DNA of 64,000 bases. Source: Eledone cirrhosa. Lineage: Eukaryota. Below the pieces are notes generated by a model, which searched no databases, was not told where the DNA came from, and saw only the letters and a list, made by a program, of their open reading frames with translations. Position numbers and translations under genes: made by a program. Where the stretch lies: assembly GCA_964016885.1 (NCBI GenBank), contig OZ024751.1:9548001-9612000 (forward strand), given 5' to 3'. Positions 13,454-26,723 of this stretch are shown one piece after another (the stretch's first letter is position 1; each line of letters begins with the position of its first letter).

Positions 13454-13859
13454 TTATATAGAATTATACATATGTATATAATCTGGCATTAAACGTATGT
13501 TCTTTCACCTAGAATGGAAAGAACCTCCTTGAATTTAAGTAAATATTTTAAGAGGTGTTGTAGTGAATAATGTATGCAAATAACTCTTAATTGACATTTT
13601 CCTTATAGCTGGAGAGAAAAAAAAAACGACGAAAGCTTAGCGATAATTGTTAACGACTGCAAAAGAGAAAAAGAGATAATTGAAGGAAATTAAGAATTAA
13701 TTTCTTAAGATTACTATATATTGATTATATATATAGTGTCACTTCCAAAAAGTGGAAAAAACCACACCCACCTTATTTGGCGTCTTTGATGTGAAAAAAC
13801 AATAATTTACTATCACCTCCTGCAAAACCTTCAATCCATCTCACGCTATTTTACACGCT

Positions 13860-13963
13860 TCTTCTCTTTATCTCTCCTCTCTCATTACATATCTCTTCTT
13901 CTCGCTCTCTCTCTCTCATTACATATCTCTCTCTTTCCCTCTCTCTCTATCTCTCTCATTACA

Positions 13964-14001
<38 letters not shown>

Positions 14002-14285
14002 CTTCTCATTACATCTCTCTCTCTCTCTTTACATATCTCTCTCATTATATATATATCTCTCTCTTTCTCTCTCTCTCTCTCTCCCCCTCTCATTAGACCT
14101 CACTCTCTCTCTCATTACATCTCTCATTATATATCTCTCTCTCTCTCCCTCTCATTACATCTCACTCTCTCTCTCATTACATCTCTCATTATATATATAT
14201 ATATCTATCTCACATTACATCTCTCTCTATCTCTTTCCCTATCTCTCTCTCTCTCTTTCCCTCTCTCTCTATCTCTCTCATTACA

Positions 14286-14331
<46 letters not shown>

Positions 14332-14381
14332 TCTCATTACATCTCTCTCTCTCTCTTTACATATCTCTCTCATTATATATA

Positions 14382-14427
<46 letters not shown>

Positions 14428-14630
14428 CCTCTCATTACATCTCACTCTCTCTCTCATTACATCTCTCATTATATATCTCTCTCTCTCTCCCTCTCATTAC
14501 ATCTCACTCTCTCTCTCATTACATCTCTCATTATATATATATATATCTATCTCACATTACATCTCTCTCTATCTCTTTCTATCTCTCTCTCTCTCTTTCA
14601 ATGTATCTCTTTCTTTACCACTGTCTATTC

Positions 14631-14692
<62 letters not shown>

Positions 14693-14812
14693 ATCTATCT
14701 CTCTCTCTTTCTATCTCTCCCTGTCTCTCTCTCACGCATACACTATTTCAACATCTCTCTCTCTTTCTATCTCTCTCTCTGAATGTATCTCTTTCTTTAA
14801 CACTGTCTATTG

Positions 14813-14843
<31 letters not shown>

Positions 14844-15005
14844 ACTTTCTCGCTATTTCAATATATATCTTTCTCTTTCTTTCTTACCCCCCCCCCTCTC
14901 TCTTTCTTGCTATTTAAATATCTATTTACTCTCTCTTGTTCTCTCTCTGTCTCTCTCTCTTTCTCTCTATTTCAATATATTTCTTTCTTTACCACTAACT
15001 ATTCC

Positions 15006-15098
<93 letters not shown>

Positions 15099-15100
15099 AA
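13860..15100. repeat. CT-rich low-complexity block including (ctctctcattacat)-type repeats and (CT)n
   Basis: Direct reading. Confidence 0.9.
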
Positions 15101-15564
15101 TTATCTATCTTTTAGTGTCTTTTTGGCAGCAAACAATACATCTTTCAATAAATTATATGTTCTAGAAAACTTCACCGATTGTGACCTAGAAAATATCCTT
15201 GCTATGATGCCCATTAGCAGTCGAGTGTAACAAACTGTGTCTAGAATCATTCTGAAAGTTTATGAAATCTGTAAATCTCGAACTAGATGTAGTGTTGGTA
15301 TGTATGGATTGGCGTCTGTTATTGAAATGAGCCTGGACGAGTCATTAAAAGTCACATAGATTTCCTAACTCTAAACTACCTTTATTATGTTCACGAGGTT
15401 CTTTCTAAACTCTCATACTCCTTCACAGACCATCAGATTCGACTTCCAAATATTCCATCATCAGCTGCCACTGGTTTCTTCTTCATCCTCAGCAATCAAC
15501 ACAAATCTTATATATATCTAGACAAATCTCAGATAGCTTTAGTGTCAGTCTTAAGACATGTAAG

Positions 15565-15805
15565 GCTCTTTGGCCGGTGCTTATCCCGGTTTCATGGCGT
15601 GAAGCAACTGAGAATACAAGGCTCCTCACTTCACAGGGCGCCAGTTCATCGCAAGGTAAACCCCAAGCTATTGCTAGTACTCATTTTCAGCTGAGTATAT
15701 TGGAGCAACATTAAATGAAGTGTTTTGCTCAAGAGCACAACACGCGACCCAGGAATCGAACCCATGACATTATGATCGTAAGTTCAACACCCTTACAATA
15801 GACGA
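15565..15805 (-). mobile_element. tRNA-derived SINE family 2
   Basis: Minus strand has B-box gggttcgattcc followed by gtgctcttgagcaaaacacttcattt and a tail gcttcacgccatgaaaccgggataagc. Confidence 0.75.
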
Positions 15806-15881
15806 TATATATGTTCAGCATGTACCTCACACATCCTGTCAAATACAAATTAAAATAGTAATCTAATATATATTCTCAATA

Positions 15882-16178
15882 TATAGTCCGTCGAAGAACC
15901 TACCATCAATGTGTGTCTAACATCATATGCAAGCCTCGACTTGGCTTCTTGGGACACTTCATACGACTCCCAAGAGAGAGAGGTGCAAGTCACGCCTATA
16001 TTGGCGGTATATCCATGAGAAGAGGCGAAGACCATCTGGCGGCAGACAATTGACAAAGACATGAAAACCCGTGAATAAAAGTTGGAAAGATGTATTAAAA
16101 GATGCAACTGACGTTGGTCATTGGAGCACTTTGGTTGCCTTATTCGTCTCAAGGCGCATGAGCTTTTAAGTTTAAGTA
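15882..16178 (+). mobile_element. 5'-truncated RTE-clade LINE 3' end with 14-bp TSD
   Basis: Frameshifted KPRLGFLGHFIRLP..KTIWRQTIDKDMK..SWKDV..ATDVGHWSTLVA; (ttaagt)2 tail; TSD atatattctcaata at 15868-15881 and 16179-16192. Confidence 0.8.
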
Positions 16179-17434
16179 ATATATTCTCAATAGCATTGCT
16201 ATGATATATTGTTGCTGTTGTTATTGTTGTTGGTTTCGCCCCAAGTCAACCCTGATCGAAGAAACTCATGATGAGAATCATTTCAGCTGTGTCCATCAGA
16301 GCACAAACATGGAACAAATACTAGAAGGCATTCAACCGGACATTATAAAGACTCTGCCAATTCATCTACTCATTTCAATAACAGACTCAAACACATACAT
16401 GCCAAAACCACACGCACACACATACACACACACGCACGCGCACATGCACACACGCACGCATACACACACATAGACGTACACATACAGCCATAAGCACACC
16501 ATCAATACGCTAACAGACAAGCACGCATTCAACTATATGATCAGAGAACTTCGAAAACAAAACAAAAAAGTACCAATTCCCTGGATTAATAGGATTAGTT
16601 CGATAATCAGTAATGTTGTGGTAATTTGCCCTGAAACGCTGTATTAATTAAACTCGTTTGAAAGACTTTTGTATTCATGCAATAAAATCCTTCTGGCAAT
16701 GATTCGAGCTATGTGAATTGCTTTTGATAAATTGTCATTCCTTTCTGTTGCAGTCCTAGACAAAAATTCTCTTATTCGAGACAACAGATATAAAGAGGCT
16801 ACTAGACAAAGTGTTGTTGCAGACTTTACAGTAGAGATCTATAGTTATCTTATTGATCGGAGACACTATGACTAATGTTCTAACTTTTTACAAAGAGAGT
16901 TTTACTATTTAATACAAAACGGAGATTAGAAGATATGTCTACATCATTCACACTCCGTCTCTTTCTTTCTTTCTTTCTTTCTCTCTCTCATTCTATCTCA
17001 CTCTGTCTCTCTCATTCTCTCTCTCACTGCTCTCTCTTGCTCTTCCTTCCTCCCTCCCCCTCTCTCTCTCTCTCTATCATGCTGCTCTTGCTCTCTCACT
17101 TTCTTTCTTGCTCTCTTACATATATATATATATATATAGTTTGTGTCTGCATGTATATATAAACATGTGTGTATATATGAGTATCTGAGTACTTAAATAT
17201 ATATAAATACTATGTGCGTGTGTATATATTTTATATAATTATATAAACGCATGTATCCAGATATGAATGTATATACATGATGGGAGAGGATTGTGAGAGG
17301 TGTGAAAGAGAAAGAGTGAGTTGTTTGCTTCAAGCACTCTGCGATTTGTTTAGAATGCAATGTTAGAAAATTACAACAATGCTGTTGGAAGATTAAACAT
17401 AAATTACAATAGAACCACTAATAGTGTATCGTTA

Positions 17435-17780
17435 AGTTAGATATTTTATATATACATATGCATAGCATTAAAAAATATGGTATCTTATATATAAATATAG
17501 TCATTGAGTAGGTCACATGATATATGACGTAAAAGCTTCGACAATTAAATAAGATATTTTATATATACATATGCATAACATTAAAAAATATGGTATCTTA
17601 TATATAAATATAGTCATTGAGTAGGTCACATGATATATGACATAAAAGCTTCGACAATTAAATAAGATATTTTATTTCTACATATGCATTACAGTAATAA
17701 ATATATGGTATCATATGTATACATATAGTCATTGAAAAGGTCACATAATATATGGTGAAAAAGCTTGGATAATTGAATAT
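17435..17780. repeat. ~115-bp tandem repeat, 3 copies
   Basis: gatattttatatatacatatgcat...gtcattgagtaggtcacatgatatatga...aaagcttcgacaatt is repeated. Confidence 0.85.
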
Positions 17781-17844
17781 AACAATTATAAAACCATCCC
17801 GCTACTAAACCAACCGAAATATAGAGTAGTTACCTAATTAATAA

Positions 17845-18365
17845 GGATTTCTGATTAAGGCACAAGGCCAACAATTTGGAGGGAGGGGAAAGTTTATCGA
17901 CCCCGTAAGGATGAACGGATAAGTTAACCTCGGCGGGATTTGAACTCAGTATGTAAAATGCAGTAAAGATATGCCGTAATGCATTTTATCTGACGCTCTA
18001 CCGATACTGCCATTCCACGACATTAGTTACCTAAGTAATAATTGTTTCTACTTTTAGCAATTATCCAGTACATTACTGGTACTTTATTTTATCGATCCCC
18101 GTAAGGATGAAAGGCAAAGTTAACCTTTCATTTTTAGTTACCTAAGTAATAATAAAACAGCTTAAGATTGGGGTGTAGCATCACGCCCTTACAGTATATC
18201 AATATCTGTATTAATATAGTAACAAGTCTTAATATTTAGCCTTAAGCTGAATATTAAAACTCTACTTGAATAATTGTTTCTACTTTTGGCACAAGGCCAG
18301 CAATTACCCAGTGCATTACTGGTACTTTATGTTATCGACCCCATAAGGATGAAAGGCAAAGTTAA
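17845..18365 (-). mobile_element. Cluster of SINE family 1 copies (17845-18018; partial 18038-18125 and 18269-18365)
   Basis: Reverse-complement matches to the family 1 core and tail. Confidence 0.8.
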
Positions 18366-18402
18366 CTAATGAGTACACTTTTCTTTTAGCTGTCAACCAC
18401 AT

Positions 18403-18460
<58 letters not shown>

Positions 18461-18465
<5 letters not shown>

Positions 18466-18790
18466 AAGAGTGAAGAATAAAATCGTCGGCTGTACAAAAA
18501 GGGTTTTATTTACTTTATTAACAATTGTTACATTGATTAGGAAAGTCTAAACGCCGCTAATCACTAGAAATTGCGTCACTCGACACAGTGTGTGTCTCTG
18601 ATCAAATCATCGGAAAACTGTATTCGTCAAATCCTTGTGCAAAACACTTTATTTCACGTTGCACTTTTTGACAGGAATTGCGACCGGAAGATAGTTTCAG
18701 CAATGGAAAGACCAATGGAAACATTGTTTCCCTGGACTGATTTGATGAGCTCTATCGCACTCTGTAAGCGGGTGAGGTCTGGGAACTTAT
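18461..18790 (-). mobile_element. Penelope-type pseudo-LTR 3' end with a decayed hammerhead, between (TA)n tracts
   Basis: The minus-strand tail aataaaaccctttttgtacagccg...ctttcac-TATA resembles the end of the GIY-YIG element (aataagcctttgtttgtactgcc...tttttcac-TATA, 48680); decayed core ccgatga-ttgat..atcaa-gtaa-caattg-tt. Confidence 0.55.
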
Positions 18791-18968
18791 CGATCGATAT
18801 ATATATATATATATATTTGTGTGTGAGAGAGAGATAGATAAGGGCAAATTGTTAGTAGTTATACTTCAAATTTTATGTTACGGAATATATTCGGAGCAAT
18901 CGTGAAACGACTGCCCCACTAAATTCCCATATATATCTTGTATAAGGAATTGCAATACTTGTTACTAA

Positions 18969-19636
18969 TGAGGGTCGACTGAAAATGTTCATATGCTGAC
19001 TATGAAGAAATGATACTCTGCTGTGAAATATAACTTGCATAAATTTCAACTCTTCTTATTAATAATTGCATTGTTTATTTCCAGGGACTATGTTGAAAAA
19101 TAGACCTCATTTGGTTATTCCATGAGAGTATCTTTGTCAGCCTAAGAAGGATTGATGCTATCAATGCATGCGAGTATCTAGGTCAGCCTAAGAAGAATTG
19201 ATGCTAGAGCTGTGAAATCTTGGATGCATTAATATCACCTCTTCTCATTAATAACTGCATTGTTTTGTTTTTTCTGGGAATTATGTGGAAAAGTAAACCT
19301 CATTTGGTCATTCCATGAGAGCATCTTGGTCAGCCTAAGAAGGATTGATGATAGAATTGTGAAATCCTGCATGCATTAATTTCAAATCACCTTATAAATA
19401 ACTGGATGGTTACTTTCTAGGAACTATGTTGGCAAATAAACCTCAATTGGTCATTCCATGAGAATGTCTTGGTTAGTCTAAGAATGACTGATGATAGAGC
19501 TGTGAAATATTGCATGCATTAATTTCAACTCTTTCCAGGGACTATGTTGAAAAATAAACCCCATTTGGTCATTACATGAGAGTATCTTACTCAGTTTATG
19601 AATATTTCTGCCTATGAACTTTCCTGTCGATTCTCG
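18969..19636. mobile_element. mariner-like MITE containing ~4 internal tandem repeats of ~120-180 bp
   Basis: TIRs tgagggtcgactgaaaatgttcata / tatgaactttcctgtcgattctcg; internal repeated aaacctcatttggtcattccatgagagtatct. Confidence 0.7.
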
Positions 19637-19803
19637 TGTAACTGATTCAGGTTGTAATATTTTCAGTAAGCGACTTGAAGTAATAAATGGAGGGATATGT
19701 TTAGAAACGTGAATGATTCTCTATAGTTAAGTGCTGAGTTCTTGCTGACATAACTATCTTGCTAGCAAGAGAAAGCGGATGTTAAACGATTATTATTATT
19801 ATA

Positions 19804-20120
19804 GTGGATTCAAATCCCGCCGAGGTTAACTTTGCCTTTCATCCTTACGGGGTCGATAAAATAAAGTACCAGTAATGCACTGGGTAATTGCTGGCCTTGT
19901 GCCTAACGTAGAAACAATTATTATTATAGTGGATTGGCAGTATCGGTAGAGGGTCGGACGCCATGCTTTGCAGCACAGTTACGTCCCTTTACGGACTGAG
20001 TTCAAATCCCGCCGAGGTTAACTTTGCCTTTCATCCTTACGGGGGTCGATAAAATAAAGTACCAGTAATACACTGGGATAATTGCTGGCCTTGTGCCAAA
20101 AGTAGAAACAATTATTATTA
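19804..20120 (+). mobile_element. Tandem pair of SINE family 1 (head-deleted copy 19804-19925, full copy 19928-20120)
   Basis: Two consecutive matches to the family 1 core with (tta)n tails. Confidence 0.9.
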
Positions 20121-20560
20121 TAATGATGATGATGATGATGACAACGGCGATGATGAAGATAATGATGATGATAACGACGACGATGAGTAGAAGGAAGAGT
20201 AAGAGGATGATGATGACGATGGTGATTATTATTATGGTGGTGATGATGATGGTGGTGGTTGTGGTGATGATGATGGTGGTGGTTGTGGTGATGATGATGA
20301 TGATAGAAATGATGATATTGGAGACGATGATAATGATGATAATGATAGAGGTGATGATGATGATGCTAGTGGTGGTGGTGATAATGATGACGATGGAGAT
20401 GATGATGATGGTGGAGATGATGATGATGTTGATGGTGGTGGTGGTTGTGGTGGTGGTGGTGGTGGTGGTGGTGGTGGTGATGATGATGGAAATGATATTG
20501 ATGGGGATGATGATGATGGTGGTGGTGATGCTGTTGATGATGATAACGATGATGAATGAA
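20120..20560. repeat. (GAT/GGT)n trinucleotide low-complexity tract
   Basis: Direct reading; continues from the SINE tail. Confidence 0.9.
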
Positions 20561-21374
20561 AGAATGACTGAATCAAGTACCAAAGATTAGAGACTTGTGA
20601 AACGTAGAAAAAACAAATTCCTTCGCAGAATGGTTTTTTATAAATATTTTTCTCTACAAAAAATGTTTCAATCTCAACCAAAAAGGCCGTATTGAGTGTC
20701 TAATTGAAAACAGCGAAGACCTACTCGAGGGGATAAAATAACTATTTCTTTGATAACAGTGGATAGGGATGACACCACGGAAAAATAGAACCATTTCAAT
20801 ACAACCAGAGGCAATTCTCGTTCTCTCTCAGAGAAGTAGATACTCATATTAGAGTCTTTGGGAATCTTTAACAAACGATTACTGCACACGCGTTTATCGC
20901 TATTTATTCCTAACAACTGACAAAAGGAGTTTATTTCCCACATAACAGAAATCCTATAAACTGAAAGAAGCAATTGTAATGAAAAAAAAAAAAATGTGTT
21001 TATTTATCAACATTAAAACTTCGTTAACATTAGACACGCTCCTAACTTTTGTGTATTTTATACATATGAAATAATCATATTTTCATCTGAACATATCACG
21101 GGACATCCCAAACTGTTATATATATATATGTGTGTGTGTGTAAAAGGGAAAGGGAAGTAACAAAGCTAACGCCAAGTACAATGAAGTTATATATTTGTTT
21201 AACGCTTGAAAATAGCAGAAAAACGTTTGGACACTTGCACTTCATCAGAAGATGGAGTTCTAAATAAAAGATAAAATAGAAAGATAACGACTGAGAAGAG
21301 GAAGAATTAGGAAACATGAGTAAAAAAAAAAAAGGCAGAGAAAAAACACACGTGCGTATTCGGTCAGCTGTTTT

Positions 21375-21424
<50 letters not shown>

Positions 21425-21447
21425 GTGGTTACACAACAGTTAGTTCA

Positions 21448-21497
21448 CCATACCGAGAACAATTCTTTCACTTTAGCGGATCCTCAGCTCGGAATGG
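21448..21497 (-). ncRNA. Minimal type I hammerhead ribozyme motif (partly decayed)
   Basis: Minus strand: ccattccgag-CTGAGGA-tccgctaaagt-GAAA-gaattGTT-ctcggtatgg. Stem I has 9 bp plus one T-T mismatch; stem II is weak. Confidence 0.6.
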
Positions 21498-21655
21498 GCA
21501 TGGTTATAGGAACAGGAAGGACAACCGTACGAACGCGCATGCGCAGAAACCCGGTCATTTCACACAGGCAATACTAGACTGCGAGCGAGAAGTGTAAGGG
21601 AGATAACTGCGAAAGCCCGAAAAGTTTTTAGGTTAAAAAGAAAATATATATATAC

Positions 21656-21690
<35 letters not shown>

Positions 21691-21779
21691 GTAATAATAA
21701 TAAAATTGAAGACTAAAATCCAAAGAGGGCTCGATAAGGAAAATATATATCAAATATATAAGAACCGTAGAGCAAATAT

Positions 21780-21923
21780 TTATTAAAATAACAGATTAAA
21801 GTTTAAGCAAAGAATCGCTGCTTTCACCCTTAACGGGATCTTCTGAAACTAACCGTTAGTTTCAGAAGATCCCGTTAAGGGTGAAAGCAGCGATTCTTTG
21901 CTTAAACTTTAATCTGTTATTTT

Positions 21924-21928
<5 letters not shown>
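21780..21928. repeat. Perfect palindrome, 74-bp arms, 1-nt spacer (21854)
   Basis: 21780-21853 is the exact reverse complement of 21855-21928; each arm carries a hammerhead-like cagaaga-tccc..gggt-gaaa on one strand. Confidence 0.9.
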
Positions 21929-22000
<72 letters not shown>

Positions 22001-22089
22001 TTGGGATTTACCATCTTAGAGTAGAAAGACCATTGTTCTGCTAAGTTCTCTTGATACTTGGGAAGGTAGAGTGTAGGCATTATAAAAAG

Positions 22090-22185
22090 TTAGTGTCCGA
22101 CGGCTGAGTTCCTGCCGTTTCAACAGCGAATGGATAACTATTGATTCGCCGTCGAAACGGCAACAGCTCAGCCGCCGGCCACTAA
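22090..22185. repeat. Imperfect GC-rich inverted repeat, ~42-bp arms
   Basis: ttagtgtccgacggctgagttcctgccgtttcaacagcgaat versus attcgccgtcgaaacggcaacagctcagccgccggccactaa. Confidence 0.8.
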
Positions 22186-22251
22186 ATCTTTAAAATATAT
22201 ATACGTGTATGTGTTTGTATGTGTATACACATGATATTTTCGTGCGTGTTA

Positions 22252-22285
<34 letters not shown>

Positions 22286-22997
22286 CCTCTCTCTCTCCTA
22301 ATCTTTACTTCTCTTTCTGTCTCATTTTCTCTCACTATTTACTAAATACAGTATAAATCATTTATCTGTTATTCCCTAACTCCTAACCAATTTTCAAACA
22401 TTTATTTCTGAAGTAAGTAAAGTATTTTTCACTCTAGCTGAGCTGCTGATCTCTTTCAACAGTTGGTTTGCGGCCTTCAATGCACTGTTGACATCGCTAC
22501 AATCCAATTCTTAAGAAATTCTAACGAAAACTCTTTTTAACGTTAAGCCATTCTATCATGCCAAGCAATTAGATTTTGAAAAGAACACCAAATAGTTTAA
22601 CTGTATTTCTATTCTGTCTGGCATAATCACTGTCTGTATGAAGTTTAGAACAATTCCAGTTCTTTGAATAATTCCATAACCATTATAGAAATTACTTATT
22701 TTGCCACTACTCCCCTACAGCAATTCTTTGATTTGTTTCGAAATTACCCCAAACATATTTGCACATTTCTAGTTTAGAGTGTATAAACCATATACCTATT
22801 CTGGCTGAAATACTTAAGAAATTGAAATTCTTCATAATCGGTTGATCCGTATGTATTTATTTTTCTTTAAACATTTCTTTACTACTGGCCGTTTGTGTGT
22901 TTTGATATTTTTACAAGCATCTTTTTGTTTTTTCCTTTTTTGCAAATTAGTATTTTTCAACACTCTGACACGTATGTGTATATTAGTGTGCGTATGT

Positions 22998-23176
22998 GCA
23001 GTATCGGTAGAGGGTCGGATGCCATGCTTTGAAGCATAGAGTTACCTCCCTGTATGATCTGAGTTCAAATCCCGCCGAGGTTAACTTTGCCTTTCATCAT
23101 TCCGGGGTCGATAAAATAAAGTACCAGTAATGCACTGGGTAATTGCTGGCCTTGTGCCAAAAGTAGAAACAATTAT
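22998..23176 (+). mobile_element. SINE family 1
   Basis: gcagtatcggtagagggtcgg...gagttcaaatcccgccgagg...ggccttgtgccaaaagtagaaacaatt. Confidence 0.9.
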
Positions 23177-24091
23177 ATAGATATAAACGCACAAACACAG
23201 ACACACTGCAAATGTACAGTCACAGACATACATTCACACAAGCACACACATACATTTACACAAACACAAACATACATATACACTCACACACAGCGTAACA
23301 AATCGAACGCCAGTCGCTGTTTTGCTATAGTGTTTTCACCATCTCCTTCCTTCTTTTTACACACTCATACATTCACACAAATGCACACATACACACACAC
23401 ACACATTGTGTAATGGACGGACGGAAGTCGCTCAAATTCATAAATAGATATATATTGTTTTAATTTCCATAGTTGTTCTTTTACTGTAAATCTATCCTGA
23501 ATGAACAACCTTATAATTAACTAGATTCCGTCCATGACCACTGCTAATATTTATTCAGACAACCAAAGTATCTATTTTAAGATATAATGTATTTTATGAT
23601 AGTCATAAGGCCACAAGTTTGATTGAAGAGGCAGTTGACTATATATGTAAATACTCGATGGTTTCAATGGCAGTATTTGAACTCAGAAACGCCAAGCAAT
23701 GTCACGAAATACTACAAGACAATACGTCTACTGCCTTACCGATTAGGCTATTACAAAACCCTACAAAACAATATATCAGACATGACAAGCGTTGTTCCAG
23801 TCTTTCTATATTTCTTACTCTGTCCTGCTCTCTCTCTCTCTCTATCCTTCTCTCTCTCTCTCTCTTCTTCTGTCTTTCTCTCTCTCTCCCTTCTATTCTT
23901 CTCTCTCTCCTCTCTCTCGTTTTCTCTTTCTCTCGTTCTCTCTCTCTCTCCTCTCTTCTCTTCCTCTCTCTCCTCTCTCTCGTTTTATCTTTCTCTGGTT
24001 CTCTCTCTCTCTCCTCTCTTCTCTTCCTCTCTCTCCTCTCTTCTCTTCCTCTCTCTCCTCTGTTCTATTCTCTCTCTCTCTCTTTCTCTCC

Positions 24092-24125
<34 letters not shown>

Positions 24126-25696
24126 GAAGGAAACACGTCTAAGAGGGAAGAAAAAGAAGGAATCATATGACAGTAATAGCAGATAATATATCGATTGGGA
24201 ACATTGACAGAAGACGATAAATTAATATGTAGTGAGAGGAGATGGGGATTCAATTGATTTAACCCCTTCCTCTACTAAGTGTCAAGTACTTATATCAACT
24301 CCCAGAAAGATGAATGATATGTGAAAAATCGACCTCAACTGAATATGAACTCAGAACTTAAAGAAACAGCCAGAAGCATTATATTACAAGGCATTTTAAG
24401 CGGCGCTGTAACTTTTAGTCATCCCCTTCCTCCCCACGATCTGGCAGATAATATATTTATTGCTAAATTGACATCAACTCCTCTATTTCTAAAGCATCAT
24501 TGAATAATGTTGTTGTTTTCTGGTGTGTTACGAGCATCTACTTATTAAGTATATGTGATGTTTCATCACAACAGAGTTATCTAGACATGTCCTCACAACG
24601 TTTAACACTTTATAGATTTCTTTTGCAATTATTTCGCTTTTAACAGCTTTTACTAAATTATAATGCTCGTTACGAAAGCACATCAAATAGTTGCAGATTT
24701 CTGAAGGCAATTTCATTCTACAACATGTGCATGTTTTCCTATGATAACGATACTCTGAAGAATTTCCTTAATAGAAATTCAATCTCTCTTCTGCTGTAAA
24801 AGATGCAGCATTCGTAACCTTACCATACTTTGATAAAAGCCTATCAGCCACTGATGGAAAGTTCTTTTATTTTATTTAAAGAAACACTGAAACTTGAAAT
24901 AAGACACTCAATCATTCAAATGATGGTATAAATTATTTGTTACATACAACCTGTCTCCCTACTGAATAATTACAGCATGTTAATACTGAATTAATCTCCT
25001 TTCCAGAGACTATTCCCTCGCCAAACTGCTTTCCAAACAGATTCAAAATCTAATGCATTTTAAGTTAAAGGATTTACTGAAACGTAGTATTTTATCTTTT
25101 AATTTTTTATGATATTCTTTATTCGGGTTGTAGCGCCATTGTAGCAGAGAAAGGAACATGGATTCTGCTCTCGACTGGAACTAATTAGCCATTAGGAAAA
25201 CCATAACAATAATCACAATCTTTTAACGCCCTTCATTTGTAAATTTGTAATTACAAGATATGCGTATCCACTGCGGAGACATTACTCGTTCCGGTATAAA
25301 GCTGATAAAGACTGTAGATTGCGAGTGTGGGGCATCTATGTGCTCCCTAAATCCTACTAGAAATATCAGCAAAATAAAAACCACTCTCAAACCACACACT
25401 TTAAAAAATTACATGAAAGATCATAATGTATTCCTCATATACAATATATCGTGGTGGTCATGACTGGAATGCTTATGATACTAGACATTCTGGATTAGGG
25501 TTGATATAGGACTAAACAGCAACGTTAAGAACAACGTCATTTAGATTCTCATTGATAGTGAAATAAAAGTACTTTCCTCTAATCACAAACACCTGCTCAT
25601 AATTGCGAGTATATATTGTATATGAGGAATACATCTACGAGGTCAACGAAACGTTGTTGTTCGTCCTATCGATGGTTGTCGACAAATTAAAGTTTT

Positions 25697-26090
25697 CTTT
25701 TTCCCCCACTTATTCCTGAGAGGGTCTTGGGGGCAACGTCCTGAAACACTTCTTCCAGCTAGTCCTGTCAGAAGGAAACGTCTCTAACTGATCTGGCTGG
25801 ATCCCCAAGCGTGACCAGCAAGCTCGTGGATGTTATCCAACCATCTAGCTCGGAGTGTACCCCTGGGTCTCTTGCCGGTTGGCATTGCCCGTAAAATCTG
25901 TCCAGCAATTCTTTCTTGAGATATTCTAACCATATGCCCATAGTATTGGAGTTGTGATCTCTCAATTCGGAGAAGTAGCGGCTCTAGCTTGAGTAACTCT
26001 CTGGTCTCCCAGTTACGCTCTTTGTCGAGTAGCGTTATTCCAAAGACACTTCGGAGAAATCCCATTTCGGCCGCTTGTATTCGCGATCGT
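25697..26090 (-). mobile_element. RTE-clade LINE 3' fragment
   Basis: SRIQAAEMGFLRSVFGITLLDK..IERSQLQYYGHMVR..PTGKRPRG..RWLD matches the RTE RT C-terminus. Confidence 0.9.
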
Positions 26091-26655
26091 GATAAATTGA
26101 CGTATCAGTTAATTATTGGGGTCAATATATTTGACAGTTCCCTCACACACCCACTTCCATAAATAAAATTTCTGGCAGGCTTTGTGGCGATGTCATAAAA
26201 TATTGTTATCCAATTTTCGTCACCAAAGACCTAACCGATCATCGATTACATCTATGGGACTTGTACGAACACCAATCAATCAATGACATATTTCAAATAC
26301 ATTGTATAAAATAACTCCAGGAATTATTTAGAACTGTTATTTATCTAGTAGAGATTGGTAACTCTGTAAACATAGTTATAAACTATTATATCTCCTCTGC
26401 TGCTTCACTTATCTCTCTATCTTTCTGTCTCTTTTTCAAGTCACTTAATAAAATTTTGATAGTGAAGCAGCTTACCCAATAACCAAATAAACTTTACTAA
26501 CATCATAAAAAACCCATTAATTTCTCTTTCCAACATCACCTATTCAATTTTGATGAGTAAACTTTATATATACATGTGTGTCTGTCTCTGTGTGTATGTA
26601 TGTATGTAGTCATGTATGCATTTGTATATGTATTATATATGTATGTATTATGTAA

Positions 26656-26723
<68 letters not shown>

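Noticed and set aside
20002-20681. Met/Val-, Ile/Thr- and Pro/Ser-rich ORFs
   Set aside because: Open in several frames because of a (GAT/GGT)n tract grown from a SINE tail.
22445-22500. miRNA-like hairpin (tcaacagt..actgttga) with a gtgcattg seed-like word on the minus strand
   Set aside because: Only an 8-bp stem, and the rest does not match miR-33 as I recall it.
12443-23176. tRNA genes suggested by A/B boxes
   Set aside because: The boxes belong to multi-copy SINE heads with conserved non-tRNA bodies; no cloverleaf.
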